Source: a virus (lineage: Duplodnaviria; Caudoviricetes). From it: a stretch of 64,000 bases of DNA. Location of the stretch: IMG/VR virus record IMGVR_UViG_3300004481_000017, positions 3,924 to 67,923 of that record; one strand, given 5' to 3'. Below, one piece after another: positions 43,192 through 52,201 of the stretch. The translations under genes were made by a program, and so were the position numbers. Position 1 is the stretch's first letter; each line of letters begins with the position of its first letter. The notes beneath the pieces are model-generated. The model ran no database searches and was not told the DNA's origin. It worked only from the letters and a program-made list of their open reading frames with translations.

Positions 43192-44034
43192 ATGCAACCG
43201 AATCCAGCTTGGGTCGACGCACTCCTGCACAAACACGGCGCAGCGCTAGCCTCCTACGCTGGCGCGCCGATGCCGGAACCGACCGGGCGCAAGTACAAGG
43301 AGCTTGGCTGCGGTCACTACGGCTGCGTGCTCTCGCTCCCGACGCCCGGCACCGTGCTCAAGGTGACGAGCGACCCGAGCGAGGCAGCGTTCGTCGCGGC
43401 GTACCTGAAGATTGGCCACCACCACCCAGGCGTCGTGCGCTACGACCGCATCGTCGAGCTGCCCGAGACGTACCGCCGACGACGCACGTTCGCGATCTGG
43501 CGCCAGGAAGCCAACAACGTCGGCAAATTTACTGGCAGTCGCTACTACCAGAAGGAGCTGTACGAGCGGTACCTCAAGCACTACGGGGCCGGATCGATCC
43601 GAGAGTTTCTCAGCAACCTCGACTTGTTCCAAAAACACTCAGCGCGCATTCGCAAGGTGGTCAGTTCATCAACCAATCCAGTGCGATTGCTGTCGGATGT
43701 CGCTGGGCTCGAAGACTGGGCCTGGCAGTCGATTGCCGACGGGCGCATCTTGCCCGGCCAGGGAAGCTCGGCCCGCCTCGTGGCCTACAAGCGCCGCCAG
43801 CTCGAACTGCTCGCCGAGGAGATGGCGAACACGCACGCCGGCTATCTCATCGGCCAGGCTTTCGACTACTACTTGGACCAGGGCATGCTCCTCGCCGACG
43901 TGCACACGGGCAACATCGGCGAGGTCGTTCCGCCCGAGCACACGTCCTGGGAGATCGTGATCACCGACCCGGGCCACATGGTGCCGCTCGATCCAAAGTG
44001 GCTCCAGGTCGAGATACCCCAGCTGTACGGGTAG
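43192..44034 (+). CDS. Protein-kinase-like enzyme
   Basis: LGCGHYGCV Gly loop, VLKVT, SEA, LADVHTGNI catalytic loop, ITDPG. Confidence 0.85.
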   Translation: MQPNPAWVDALLHKHGAALASYAGAPMPEPTGRKYKELGCGHYGCVLSLPTPGTVLKVTSDPSEAAFVAAYLKIGHHHPGVVRYDRIVELPETYRRRRTFAIWRQEANNVGKFTGSRYYQKELYERYLKHYGAGSIREFLSNLDLFQKHSARIRKVVSSSTNPVRLLSDVAGLEDWAWQSIADGRILPGQGSSARLVAYKRRQLELLAEEMANTHAGYLIGQAFDYYLDQGMLLADVHTGNIGEVVPPEHTSWEIVITDPGHMVPLDPKWLQVEIPQLYG

Positions 44035-44059
44035 ACCGAGAGACGCCCCGTACTGACCC

Positions 44060-44296
44060 CTAGCCGTCCTGCCCCTCAACCTCGTACCAGTCGCTGGCAA
44101 GGATGTCGGTCTGGCTGGCGATCCACGGGACGAGGTCCCCCTGCGCCGTTCGCATGTAGATGTACGGCAGCGTCATCTTCGAGTGCTCGTCCGGCACTTG
44201 CATCTCCAACCACATGTCCTTGCCGTTCCAGCCTCGGCGCGCGGCACGTTTACCGCCCTTCAGCCATGCAAGTGCACACCCAAAATTCATCGTCAT
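44060..44296 (-). CDS. tad2: DUF2829 / Thoeris anti-defence Tad2-family protein
   Basis: MNFG.AL..LK.GK...R.GWNGK.MWL...PYIYM......VPW.ASQTDILA.DW. Confidence 0.85.
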   Translation of the reverse strand: MTMNFGCALAWLKGGKRAARRGWNGKDMWLEMQVPDEHSKMTLPYIYMRTAQGDLVPWIASQTDILASDWYEVEGQDG

Positions 44297-44302
44297 GTCG
44301 CC

Positions 44303-44830
44303 CTACTCCTTCTTCTCATTTCCAAACCTGAACCGACGCCGCGGTCGCACCTCGGGCTCAGCCTCTTCCTGCGGAGCCGCCGTCTGCTCGCGAGCTGGCG
44401 CGGGCGCTTCAAATGGCACCCACTCCCCACCAGCCCGGCTGAACTCGACTCTCCCAGCTTCCGCGTTGAATCGGATCCTGCCAGCCGTTGACTTGAATAC
44501 GTCGCTACCGTCACCCGTACCTGCCCGAAGCGTCATCATCCCGCCCGTAGCCACCGACGGCGGCTTCGCCGGCTCCTCGGGAACTGGCTTTGCGGCGAGC
44601 TTCGCGTAGTAGTTGACGTCCTCCTTGAGCATATCGGCAAGCAGCGCCTTGGTTTCTCTTTCCTTCCTAGCGGCCGACCATTTCGCAAGAAACGCGGCCT
44701 GCCTATCGGCCATGCTTCGGCCGCATTTGGGGCACGGTGGACTTGGGACGTCGCCGGTCTCCGGTGAGTAGAGCAGGATCTTGGTCCCGCAGAAGTCGCA
44801 CAGCTCGTACATGGTGCCCAGCTTAGCCAC
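44303..44830 (-). CDS. Zn-ribbon hypothetical protein
   Basis: CDFCG and CPKCG. Confidence 0.7.
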   Translation of the reverse strand: MAKLGTMYELCDFCGTKILLYSPETGDVPSPPCPKCGRSMADRQAAFLAKWSAARKERETKALLADMLKEDVNYYAKLAAKPVPEEPAKPPSVATGGMMTLRAGTGDGSDVFKSTAGRIRFNAEAGRVEFSRAGGEWVPFEAPAPAREQTAAPQEEAEPEVRPRRRFRFGNEKKE

Positions 44831-45356
44831 CGAACATCCTCCGCAGGAACCGCCGGACTCTACCCGTGTATGGCAGCGCCACCATCAGCGACTCTGGCTC
44901 GTCCCGAGGCACCTCTGCGCTGTCGAGCCATGGCTCCAGCTCTCGTTTCATGTCGTCGGCGTCAAAGTCCTTCCACGCGTGGATGCACCGCTCCCAAGTG
45001 TCGAGCGCTCTCGCGAGCTGCTTGCCGCGCAGCTTTCTGACAGCTGCCGCCATCCTACTGTGCAACTTCGACTTCTCGACCTCGGAGGCCATGAAGCTCC
45101 ACCGGTCCTCCCACTTCTTCGTATCGACGAGCTGGAAGGACATGGCTCGGTGGTCCGCGTAAACGTCGCCATGAAACGGGCACTCATCGCCGAAGCCTTC
45201 CGCGATGGCGTCATCGACGTCAGGGTCCGGCTCGAAGTCATCGTCAGGGTCGGGTGGCTCCGTCCCGCACTTCGGGCAGGCGTCGCTGGAGCGCACGTCG
45301 AAGACCGTGCTGCACGAGCCGCACTTGACGAACTCGCAGATCGCTTCGTCGATCAT
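44823..45356 (-). CDS. Zn-ribbon hypothetical protein
   Basis: CGSC..CPKCG and acidic linker; ATGA overlap. Confidence 0.7.
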   Translation of the reverse strand: MIDEAICEFVKCGSCSTVFDVRSSDACPKCGTEPPDPDDDFEPDPDVDDAIAEGFGDECPFHGDVYADHRAMSFQLVDTKKWEDRWSFMASEVEKSKLHSRMAAAVRKLRGKQLARALDTWERCIHAWKDFDADDMKRELEPWLDSAEVPRDEPESLMVALPYTGRVRRFLRRMFGG

Positions 45357-45730
45357 GCCTGCCCCATGGTCGGGTTCCACCCAATGACCTCGCCAGGCTT
45401 GTTGTGGAGCGCGAGCGCCGTGCGGTACCAGAGCCGGCCGCGGTAGTACAAGGTCAGATGGATCCATCGCTCGTTGTCGCGCGTCGGACTCGTGACGCGA
45501 CGAAACGTCTCTTCTGGTATGCCACCCACCTCGCGAAGCGAATCGACCGCCCCCGGCGTCATGATGACTGAGCACCCGTCCCCATCCTGCCACATCACGA
45601 CCAGTACGCTACCGTGGGGCCACTCGATGCCTGCTGCGGCTTGATCGCGCATTGCGCTGGTCACCGCATGCATCGACATCTTCTCCGTCTCGTCGTCTGC
45701 CTTCATGCTGATCAGCTGCGGATTGTCCAT
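45353..45730 (-). CDS. Hypothetical protein, likely paralog of 45736..46233
   Basis: Ends TMGQA. Confidence 0.65.
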   Translation of the reverse strand: MDNPQLISMKADDETEKMSMHAVTSAMRDQAAAGIEWPHGSVLVVMWQDGDGCSVIMTPGAVDSLREVGGIPEETFRRVTSPTRDNERWIHLTLYYRGRLWYRTALALHNKPGEVIGWNPTMGQA

Positions 45731-45735
45731 GATGC

Positions 45736-46233
45736 TCACGCCTGTCCCACGGTAACTCCACCGAACATGCCCGTGTGGTTGAGCGTGGCGATCACCGTCG
45801 ATTGCACGATGCAGCCATTGCCACGCACCAAAACGAAGGCCCAGCGCTGGTTCGGAGCGAGCGCCCGGCCGGTCATGTCGAATACGCCGAGCCCGTCTAC
45901 GCACGACGGCGCCTGTTCGAGCAAAGCCCGTAGCTCGGCTCGCTTCATGACGCACACGACGTCGCATCCGTAGTCATCGGCCGCTTCGTCGCACCGAAGA
46001 ATCATGAACATCACGTGGTCGCTGGGCCAGCCTCGTAGCTTCGGGCCCATCTCATCGAGCGCCGCTGCCACAGCCGCCTCGACGAAGGACTCGTAGAAGT
46101 CATCGTCCTCCGACGCATCAACACACTGCGCAAGTCCATGAGGCTCGCACCGATGCAGCCTGGCTCGCTCGACCAGCTCCCGCAAAAGAGCTTTGCGCGA
46201 GGACTGCTTTTTCTTGGCCTTCCTCCCCATCAC
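45736..46233 (-). CDS. Hypothetical protein, likely paralog of 45353..45730
   Basis: Ends TVGQA; SD AAGGAGG. Confidence 0.7.
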   Translation of the reverse strand: MMGRKAKKKQSSRKALLRELVERARLHRCEPHGLAQCVDASEDDDFYESFVEAAVAAALDEMGPKLRGWPSDHVMFMILRCDEAADDYGCDVVCVMKRAELRALLEQAPSCVDGLGVFDMTGRALAPNQRWAFVLVRGNGCIVQSTVIATLNHTGMFGGVTVGQA

Positions 46234-46568
46234 GCCTCCTTGCGCTCCTTCGCCGTGTACGTGATCACCGTCCGCACCTTGGCTTCCAGATCGAAAGCGT
46301 GCTCTTGGCCGCTCGGCCCGACCACGAGCACGTCACGGCAGCCGCCCATGCAGGCGATGTCGTAGTCGCCCTCGTCGTCGATCGCCTTGGCCCAGCTCTC
46401 CACCGCGTCCGCAGGAGACTTGGCCCACACCTCGTCGGTGCCCTCGGTGACGTCATAGCAGGACACTACGTACTTCTGGCAAGAGCATCCGTCTTCGCCC
46501 ACGGGCTCGTAGCAACGCGAGCAGGTTGCCCCCGGAACCGTAAAAGTCGCTTGGCACCGTCTGCACAT
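46230..46568 (-). CDS. Zn-binding hypothetical protein, probably leaderless
   Basis: CRRC, CSRC; no SD; ATG 7 nt after a -10-like hexamer. Confidence 0.65.
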   Translation of the reverse strand: MCRRCQATFTVPGATCSRCYEPVGEDGCSCQKYVVSCYDVTEGTDEVWAKSPADAVESWAKAIDDEGDYDIACMGGCRDVLVVGPSGQEHAFDLEAKVRTVITYTAKERKEA

Positions 46569-46633
46569 GACCCCACCCGTACCACCGCGTTCCGCCGCGC
46601 GCAACACCTATTTCGTGTTTTTCGTTTTTTGGT
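46569..46633 (-). promoter_or_regulatory. Putative promoter A (A-tract, TTGCGC, N17, TGn-TACGGG)
   Basis: 23/26 identity with 62381-62406; adjacent AT-rich tract. Confidence 0.6.
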
Positions 46634-46835
46634 AATCGGCGCGGCGCCAATCCTCGACGATCTGGCACGCCTCGTCCCACCGGACGACGCGCCGCGGGTC
46701 CGGCAGCCACGTGCAGTACCAGCCGCACAGGGTGACCCGGCCGTGGGCTGACGCAGCCCGGACCATCTCGCGAGCCAGCTCCTCGACGGAACGTACGGGC
46801 CACGGGTAGCGGGATGACGATTCGTTGACGCTCAT
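46608..46835 (-). CDS. Hypothetical protein (75 aa)
   Basis: ATGA overlap; its 3' end runs into promoter A. Confidence 0.55.
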   Translation of the reverse strand: MSVNESSSRYPWPVRSVEELAREMVRAASAHGRVTLCGWYCTWLPDPRRVVRWDEACQIVEDWRRADYQKTKNTK

Positions 46836-47101
46836 GGCTGCTTTCCCGTGTCGTCTTTGGCGACTCGCGGATCTGGCTCGTTGCAGGAGCGGTTTCGCTG
46901 CACGCTGAATCGCAGCGTCTCGATGACGTAGCCACGACGCTTCAGCTCTTCCACGAGCGCCACGTCGCCGATCTTGATGGAGCAGAGAGCCGCGCAGAGC
47001 AGGTGCCGGTCAGGGCCGCACGGTCCATCGAACATGATGTCGTGCTCACGCTTGGACCAGTACGCAACGAGGTGCTTGGTTGGATCTGGACGCGCGCTCA
47101 T
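46832..47101 (-). CDS. Conserved phage hypothetical protein
   Basis: LVEELKRRGY..ETLRFSV motif. Confidence 0.7.
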   Translation of the reverse strand: MSARPDPTKHLVAYWSKREHDIMFDGPCGPDRHLLCAALCSIKIGDVALVEELKRRGYVIETLRFSVQRNRSCNEPDPRVAKDDTGKQP

Positions 47102-47562
47102 GGGCGGCTCCCCTTCGCCATCATCCGCTCGCACCAGCGCTTCGCGTCGCAGCGGCGGGCGAACATCTGAATGTGGCCGCGCATGCCAAGCATCACTTCG
47201 GCCAGCCACGGGTGCGGCGAGTCGTCTGGCGCGAGCAGCACCCATGCACTGCCCTGCGCCGCGAAGCACTGTTGGCAGTGGTTCGGGTCCTGCCATCGAC
47301 TGCGACCCCACCTCCACCGCGGGAACCGGCCGCCGCGCCGCCGGCCCGAGTAGGGCCGATGGCGCCGGGGCACCTTGAGCCCGAATGCCTTGGCGGTCTT
47401 CAGGCTCATGTAGACGGTAGTCTGGTCGGTAGGCAACACGGCCGTCACCGGATATTCGGCATGCGCCATGACGGCTGCGTGAACGGTTGGGTCGAAGTAC
47501 GGGCTGCCGTAGTTGAACGGTTGGTGCGGACGCTCACGCAGGACGGGTAGTTTTGCGCTCAC
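47098..47562 (-). CDS. Hypothetical protein (154 aa)
   Basis: Overlaps on both sides. Confidence 0.6.
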   Translation of the reverse strand: MSAKLPVLRERPHQPFNYGSPYFDPTVHAAVMAHAEYPVTAVLPTDQTTVYMSLKTAKAFGLKVPRRHRPYSGRRRGGRFPRWRWGRSRWQDPNHCQQCFAAQGSAWVLLAPDDSPHPWLAEVMLGMRGHIQMFARRCDAKRWCERMMAKGSRP

Positions 47563-47858
47563 TTCTCCGTCTCCCGGCAGCAGTCCGTTACGAACTGCAC
47601 GGCAGCAGCGGCCACCTCGATGGCCTGCGACGCCATCTTGGCTCGCTCCGCGTTCGAGAACCCCGTCGAGGGGTGCTTCTTGATCAGAGCCCAGAGAAGC
47701 TCCAGCTCCATCAAGATGCGCGCGTAGCCGTCGTTCCGGTTCAGCACCGAATCGTGCACCGTGCGCCGCACGGACACGCAGTCGGCGACCTTTGCCGCAA
47801 GCATATTGTCGACGAGCGCAGCGTCGAACCTAGCCTGGGCATCTCGTGTGCGCTTCAT
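47559..47858 (-). CDS. Degenerate MazG-like helical protein
   Basis: NDGYARILMELELLWALI...EVAAAAVQFVTDCC. Confidence 0.5.
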   Translation of the reverse strand: MKRTRDAQARFDAALVDNMLAAKVADCVSVRRTVHDSVLNRNDGYARILMELELLWALIKKHPSTGFSNAERAKMASQAIEVAAAAVQFVTDCCRETEK

Positions 47859-48139
47859 GGTTTTGGCTCCCATTTTCCGCAGGTGTCCTTCTCGTCGACC
47901 TCGTCGGTGAAGTCGTCGCCCGTCACGAGGCCCACCGACCACGTGCCGATGGCGCAGTGCGGCTTGCCGCCCTTGGGCCTGAAGGCCCGACAGGTTTTGC
48001 ACACCCGCCGCCGCCTCTCGGCCAGCTCGGACAGCGCTACGACGACGAGCGCGTTTCGCTCGAAGCCGCACCACTCCTCGTGCCCCTCGCCGAACCAGTC
48101 CCGTAGCTCCTGAATGTCCTCATCCGTCATGATGGTCAT
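47855..48139 (-). CDS. Hypothetical Zn-binding protein
   Basis: CKTC..HC..C; overlaps on both sides. Confidence 0.6.
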   Translation of the reverse strand: MTIMTDEDIQELRDWFGEGHEEWCGFERNALVVVALSELAERRRRVCKTCRAFRPKGGKPHCAIGTWSVGLVTGDDFTDEVDEKDTCGKWEPKP

Positions 48140-48354
48140 GGTGCACCTCGCCACTTGCGTAGCCACTCGCGGCCCGCATCCGTGATGGTCCAGCGGCTAT
48201 CCCAGTAGGAGCCGATCCTCTTGATGAGCCCATTACGGAGGAGCGTGGCAAGCGGCCTGTAGGTCGGCCAGACATACCTTGACGGCACGTGCTCCAGCTC
48301 GATGAGCAGATTGCGCTGCGGTAGTGTGAGCTTGATGGGCTTGTCGTCAGGCAT
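48136..48354 (-). CDS. Small winged-helix protein
   Basis: LTLPQRNLL...LLRNGLI...ITDAGREWL. Confidence 0.7.
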   Translation of the reverse strand: MPDDKPIKLTLPQRNLLIELEHVPSRYVWPTYRPLATLLRNGLIKRIGSYWDSRWTITDAGREWLRKWRGAP

Positions 48355-48685
48355 CGCCTTCCTCATTCTGTCCAACAACTCGACCGCGCAGGAGCACGTG
48401 CTCCCAGCCGCAGCCCATCTGGTCGCAGTTGTGCCAGTCCTCGGACTCGCACACGTCGTGCGGGTGCGCCGTCACGACGATGCTCTCGCCGTCCGTGTAG
48501 ACGGTCGCTCGGAGCACGCGGAAGCCGGCCGGCATGCTCTGATCCGCCTGCGCCTTGAACCAGCCAGACGACCGCCGCTGGAACCGATCGGCCTGCATGG
48601 CAGACCGTTCTGCAGCCCGCTCGGCCAGGTCGGCCGACACGAAGCGGTTGTACGCCTTGACCTGCTCGCGGTTGGTCACGCACAT
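48347..48685 (-). CDS. Hypothetical protein
   Basis: SD GAGGAG; HNCDQMGC. Confidence 0.6.
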   Translation of the reverse strand: MCVTNREQVKAYNRFVSADLAERAAERSAMQADRFQRRSSGWFKAQADQSMPAGFRVLRATVYTDGESIVVTAHPHDVCESEDWHNCDQMGCGWEHVLLRGRVVGQNEEGDA

Positions 48686-49479
48686 TTCTCCTCGAAGATG
48701 TAGTAGGCGACACCTCCGTATTCGTCGAACGAGCATCCGAGCAACTCCATCGGGACATGCGGCAGCTCCTCGTTCGGCGCTGACGTGTAGAACACGCGTT
48801 CCTCTTCGGCGGACAAGCCGCTGACGACCATGAACGCGGCCTGCAGCCCCCTCGGGCTGTCGGGGCACATCTCGGAGCGCACGAGATGCATGAACCTCGA
48901 TCCGAGAGGTAGGTGTAGCGTCGTACGTCCCTTGAGCATGTACACGCGAACGTGAGTACGGGCCGTGGATCGGAGCGGCCCGTGCCAAGGTTCCATCCCG
49001 AGCTTCTGCCGCGCTTTCTTGGCTAGCAAATCGAGCAGCGCATCCTCGACCCTCTCGTGCTCCATCGTCGGCTGCTGCCTCGCCACGACTGGAGTACCCC
49101 CCGGAGCCCGCTCGAACGCCGCGCAGCAACTACCGAGCGCAGACTCCGTTTCGTGCTTCGACGGCGCCTCGCTGGTCGGCCTCGTACCTTCACGCGGCGT
49201 CCGTTCGTCACCTAGGTCGTGGAGCAACACGAGGACCGCTCTGTTCATGATGTCGCGCCAGTGGGCGAAGCGTCCTCGTCGTTCGTGGTCTGACTCGAAC
49301 GCGGGGCGTAAGTCGCCTGCCGTACGCTCGTACAGGTCGTGAAGCTCGTTTACCGCCTCCGACGCGTTGTTCAGGAAACAGATGCCTATGTAGTCGAGCA
49401 CCATCCGCCGGCTCGGAAGCCACGGATTGCCGTCATGCCCATTCATGTCGCATCGCTTCATGACCCTAATCTGTGCCAT
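48676..49479 (-). CDS. Hypothetical protein (267 aa)
   Basis: SD AAGGAGGAG. Confidence 0.65.
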   Translation of the reverse strand: MAQIRVMKRCDMNGHDGNPWLPSRRMVLDYIGICFLNNASEAVNELHDLYERTAGDLRPAFESDHERRGRFAHWRDIMNRAVLVLLHDLGDERTPREGTRPTSEAPSKHETESALGSCCAAFERAPGGTPVVARQQPTMEHERVEDALLDLLAKKARQKLGMEPWHGPLRSTARTHVRVYMLKGRTTLHLPLGSRFMHLVRSEMCPDSPRGLQAAFMVVSGLSAEEERVFYTSAPNEELPHVPMELLGCSFDEYGGVAYYIFEEKCA

Positions 49480-49754
49480 CTTAACTCCTCCTTCACCGAC
49501 ATCCGTCTCCTAGCCTGCTCCTGCGCCGACACGAACCTGGCCCCGAGCTTCACCGCAAGCTCGCGCTTGGACGAGCTGAGATCGTAGTGGGGGTGCGTCG
49601 GGTGTGGCTGGAACCAATCTCTCTTGAGACCGAGCCTCGCCGCGAAAGAATGCAGCCCGTCGAGTGCGCCATCCGTCGTCAGATGGCAGCAGCCCGCGTC
49701 AAATGCTCGGGCAGCTCGACCCGGTGGGCGGCGCAGCTCGTCGACCATGATCAT
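49458..49754 (-). CDS. DUF4031-type protein
   Basis: MVD...CHL.TD..LD.LH.FA.RLGLKR.WFQ....PHYDL...RE.A...GA. Confidence 0.8.
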   Translation of the reverse strand: MIMVDELRRPPGRAARAFDAGCCHLTTDGALDGLHSFAARLGLKRDWFQPHPTHPHYDLSSSKRELAVKLGARFVSAQEQARRRMSVKEELRWHRLGS

Positions 49755-50272
49755 GACCCCGACAGCTCCTCGAACACGTGGAACACCATCCACCCTTCGA
49801 CGCCATGCACCGTTCCAACGTGTGTCCGGACTCCATCTGGCAGCTCTTTCCCGGTCGGAACGACGTGGAACACCCTTGGTTCCATGGGGCCACCAGGCTC
49901 CACGAGCGCCCAAACGTACAGCCGGTCCTGTGCGTACTCGCTGCTCGACCTTCCAACCGAAAGCAGCTTCGCTCCGCGTGGCATCTGGACGCTCGTCCTA
50001 CCCGGGGGCAACTCGTACTTGTTGACGACCCTCTTAGTAGGAACATCCTCGGTAGCTTTGACCGTCTCGGTTCGTCCGAGAAACGTCTCGCATAGGCACC
50101 CGGCTTCACGCAGCGCCGCGATGGCCTGCTTGGCGCGCTCCGGGTTGAACGTGAAGTAAATGAGATGCCCCTCATCGTCGCTCGTGGCCCACACGGTTTT
50201 GTGCCCATGCTCGAAGGCCGTGTCGAGCATGCTACGCACCGTTCCGACCAGCTCATCCGTCGCGCGCTTCAT
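49751..50272 (-). CDS. Phage protein with a conserved C-terminal domain (DUF7352-like)
   Basis: KYEL..MP.GAKLLSV...VWALV...F.VV.TG...HVGTV...VFHVFE. Confidence 0.7.
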   Translation of the reverse strand: MKRATDELVGTVRSMLDTAFEHGHKTVWATSDDEGHLIYFTFNPERAKQAIAALREAGCLCETFLGRTETVKATEDVPTKRVVNKYELPPGRTSVQMPRGAKLLSVGRSSSEYAQDRLYVWALVEPGGPMEPRVFHVVPTGKELPDGVRTHVGTVHGVEGWMVFHVFEELSGS

Positions 50273-50514
50273 GGGCTAGGCACCTCCGCTAACGCGTTTG
50301 CCAAAAGAAGCTTTCTCGTCCTGACGCCATAGGCCGTCAGCCGGTAGGACCAACGGGACACCGACTGCGGATCTTCTTGCTCTACGAGGCCGAGGCGCAG
50401 CAGACGTTCGATGGTCTGCGCCGTCGTGCGGCGCGGGTCGCAGAGCCGGTCGTACGTCCGGCCCGGACGCATGGCGATGAGCAGCAGGCGTTGCTGGACG
50501 GACAGGTCAACCAT
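50269..50514 (-). CDS. Small winged-helix protein
   Basis: LSVQQRLLL...TIERLLRLGLVE...YRLTAYG. Confidence 0.65.
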   Translation of the reverse strand: MVDLSVQQRLLLIAMRPGRTYDRLCDPRRTTAQTIERLLRLGLVEQEDPQSVSRWSYRLTAYGVRTRKLLLANALAEVPSP

Positions 50515-51082
50515 CTTTCCTCCCACGCTGTGCTCGGCTTTCCTCGATGGCCTCTTCGTTGGTCGGCCCAAGCGATATGCTCAGCGAGCCCTCGAACAGG
50601 TTGACGATCCGGGCGGCAGCCACCCGCACGGCGTCGGCCTTCGCAGCCTCGGCTTGCTCTGCGCGGCAGAACGGGCAGCCCACACCGTGGGCGTGGCCTC
50701 GATGCTTCGAGCAGACGAGCGCGAAGAAAGCAGTCTTCGACGCCTCGGCCAGCTCACGTTCGGCGCGCTCGGCCCTGACAAGCAAAGCGTCGCGCTCAGC
50801 CGCCGCGAACTCCGCAAAGTCCCGCCACTCGTTTCGATCGCGCTCTGCCTTCTCTGCGTGCGCTCGCCACTCGTCGCGCTGCACTGCCGCCTTGTGGCTA
50901 GCCGTGGCACCGACGAACGCAGCTTCGGTCAGCTCTCGCTCGGCGCGTTCGGCTCGGGACACGGCATCGCGCTCGTTTCTTTGCAGCGCCCACACTCGCT
51001 CGCGGTAGTAGTCGTGCATGCGCTCCGCGTGCTCCATGCGGATGCGCAGAAGCTCGGGGTCCACGTCGTTACTAGCCATCAT
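50507..51082 (-). CDS. Coiled-coil protein with internal repeat
   Basis: RAERAEREL occurs twice; C.KH..C..C. Confidence 0.65.
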   Translation of the reverse strand: MMASNDVDPELLRIRMEHAERMHDYYRERVWALQRNERDAVSRAERAERELTEAAFVGATASHKAAVQRDEWRAHAEKAERDRNEWRDFAEFAAAERDALLVRAERAERELAEASKTAFFALVCSKHRGHAHGVGCPFCRAEQAEAAKADAVRVAAARIVNLFEGSLSISLGPTNEEAIEESRAQRGRKDG

Positions 51083-51719
51083 CGCCTCCGCGGTGTTTTC
51101 GCGCATCCGTGCGGTTCTTTGCCAATACCACGCGGTCCGTCGTGAGCCACAGCCACCGCTCGCGTAGCCCACAGCAGCAGTCGTCGTCACCCGAGCAAGC
51201 GTCGTCGTGCTCGACTCCGTGCTCGGACACCATTTCGGCGAGCAGCACGGTGGCCACGTCTGCTTCGGCCTCGGCCTGCTCTGCACGGGTGCGCAACTTT
51301 CCAACCTCGTCCACAGTGGCCATGAATCTGTTAGCCGTTGTGATCGCTCGTGGGAACGTCTCACCTGCATAGTAGCCGTTGACCTGAGCAACAGTTGCGA
51401 GCACCTCCATCGCGTCGCGGTGCTCTGCCCTCAGAACGGACAGCGCGTCCTCGGCGGCGACCAGCTTCTTCTTCAGCTCAACAGCGGTCTGGTGCCACGC
51501 TCGCGACTCGGCTGCGTCGGATTCGGAGCGACGGGCGCGCTTGGTCGCATCGCCGAGCAGCCCCTCCGCAGCGTTTCGCTCACGAACGGCGCACTCCATC
51601 TCATCGCATAGCCGATGGACGGTCTCCCCCTCGGCACCGTCGTTCCGCCAGGTCTCGCGGGCAAACCGGAGTAGGTTCTCGCGGATCTCGTCCGGCATCG
51701 GCCTGTAGTCAGGATTCAT
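51072..51719 (-). CDS. Coiled-coil hypothetical protein
   Basis: Charged helical sequence; ATGA overlap. Confidence 0.65.
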   Translation of the reverse strand: MNPDYRPMPDEIRENLLRFARETWRNDGAEGETVHRLCDEMECAVRERNAAEGLLGDATKRARRSESDAAESRAWHQTAVELKKKLVAAEDALSVLRAEHRDAMEVLATVAQVNGYYAGETFPRAITTANRFMATVDEVGKLRTRAEQAEAEADVATVLLAEMVSEHGVEHDDACSGDDDCCCGLRERWLWLTTDRVVLAKNRTDARKHRGGDDG

Positions 51720-52201
51720 CGCTTCTGCCTTTTGCGCATGGCCTCGACTTCCGCTCGCTTCGATCCGTCCCCGCGCCATTCGTCCGGCGTTCGAGCACTA
51801 TCATCGTCCCCGTAGAGCCCCAGCAGCTCGACGCAAAGCCCCTCAGCGGTATCCCGGTCCCGCTCGATGCAGTGCAAGCACTTGCCGCGCGTGCTCTCGT
51901 AGAAGGCGTCGAAGCTCATCGCCCGAACGAGCGCCTGGTACTCATCGCAGCCAGGGCCGAGCAACTTGACGGCGGTGTCGACAACTCGTTCCTTGTCGGC
52001 CTGCGCAGCCGCTAGCTGCCGTTGCAGATCCGCTTTCTCCTGTCGGTAGCAGTCGACGAGCCGAGCCTGTGCGTCCCGTTCTTCGCGCATGGCGACCAGC
52101 CGCCTATCGGCCTCTTCGAGATGGACCTGCAGCTCGCAATCGCCGTACCCACGGCCAGAGCTGCGCCAAAGCTCCATGATCCGCTCGTACAGCGGGCTCA
52201 C
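51716..52201 (-). CDS. Coiled-coil hypothetical protein
   Basis: CLHC; ATGA overlap. Confidence 0.65.
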   Translation of the reverse strand: MSPLYERIMELWRSSGRGYGDCELQVHLEEADRRLVAMREERDAQARLVDCYRQEKADLQRQLAAAQADKERVVDTAVKLLGPGCDEYQALVRAMSFDAFYESTRGKCLHCIERDRDTAEGLCVELLGLYGDDDSARTPDEWRGDGSKRAEVEAMRKRQKR

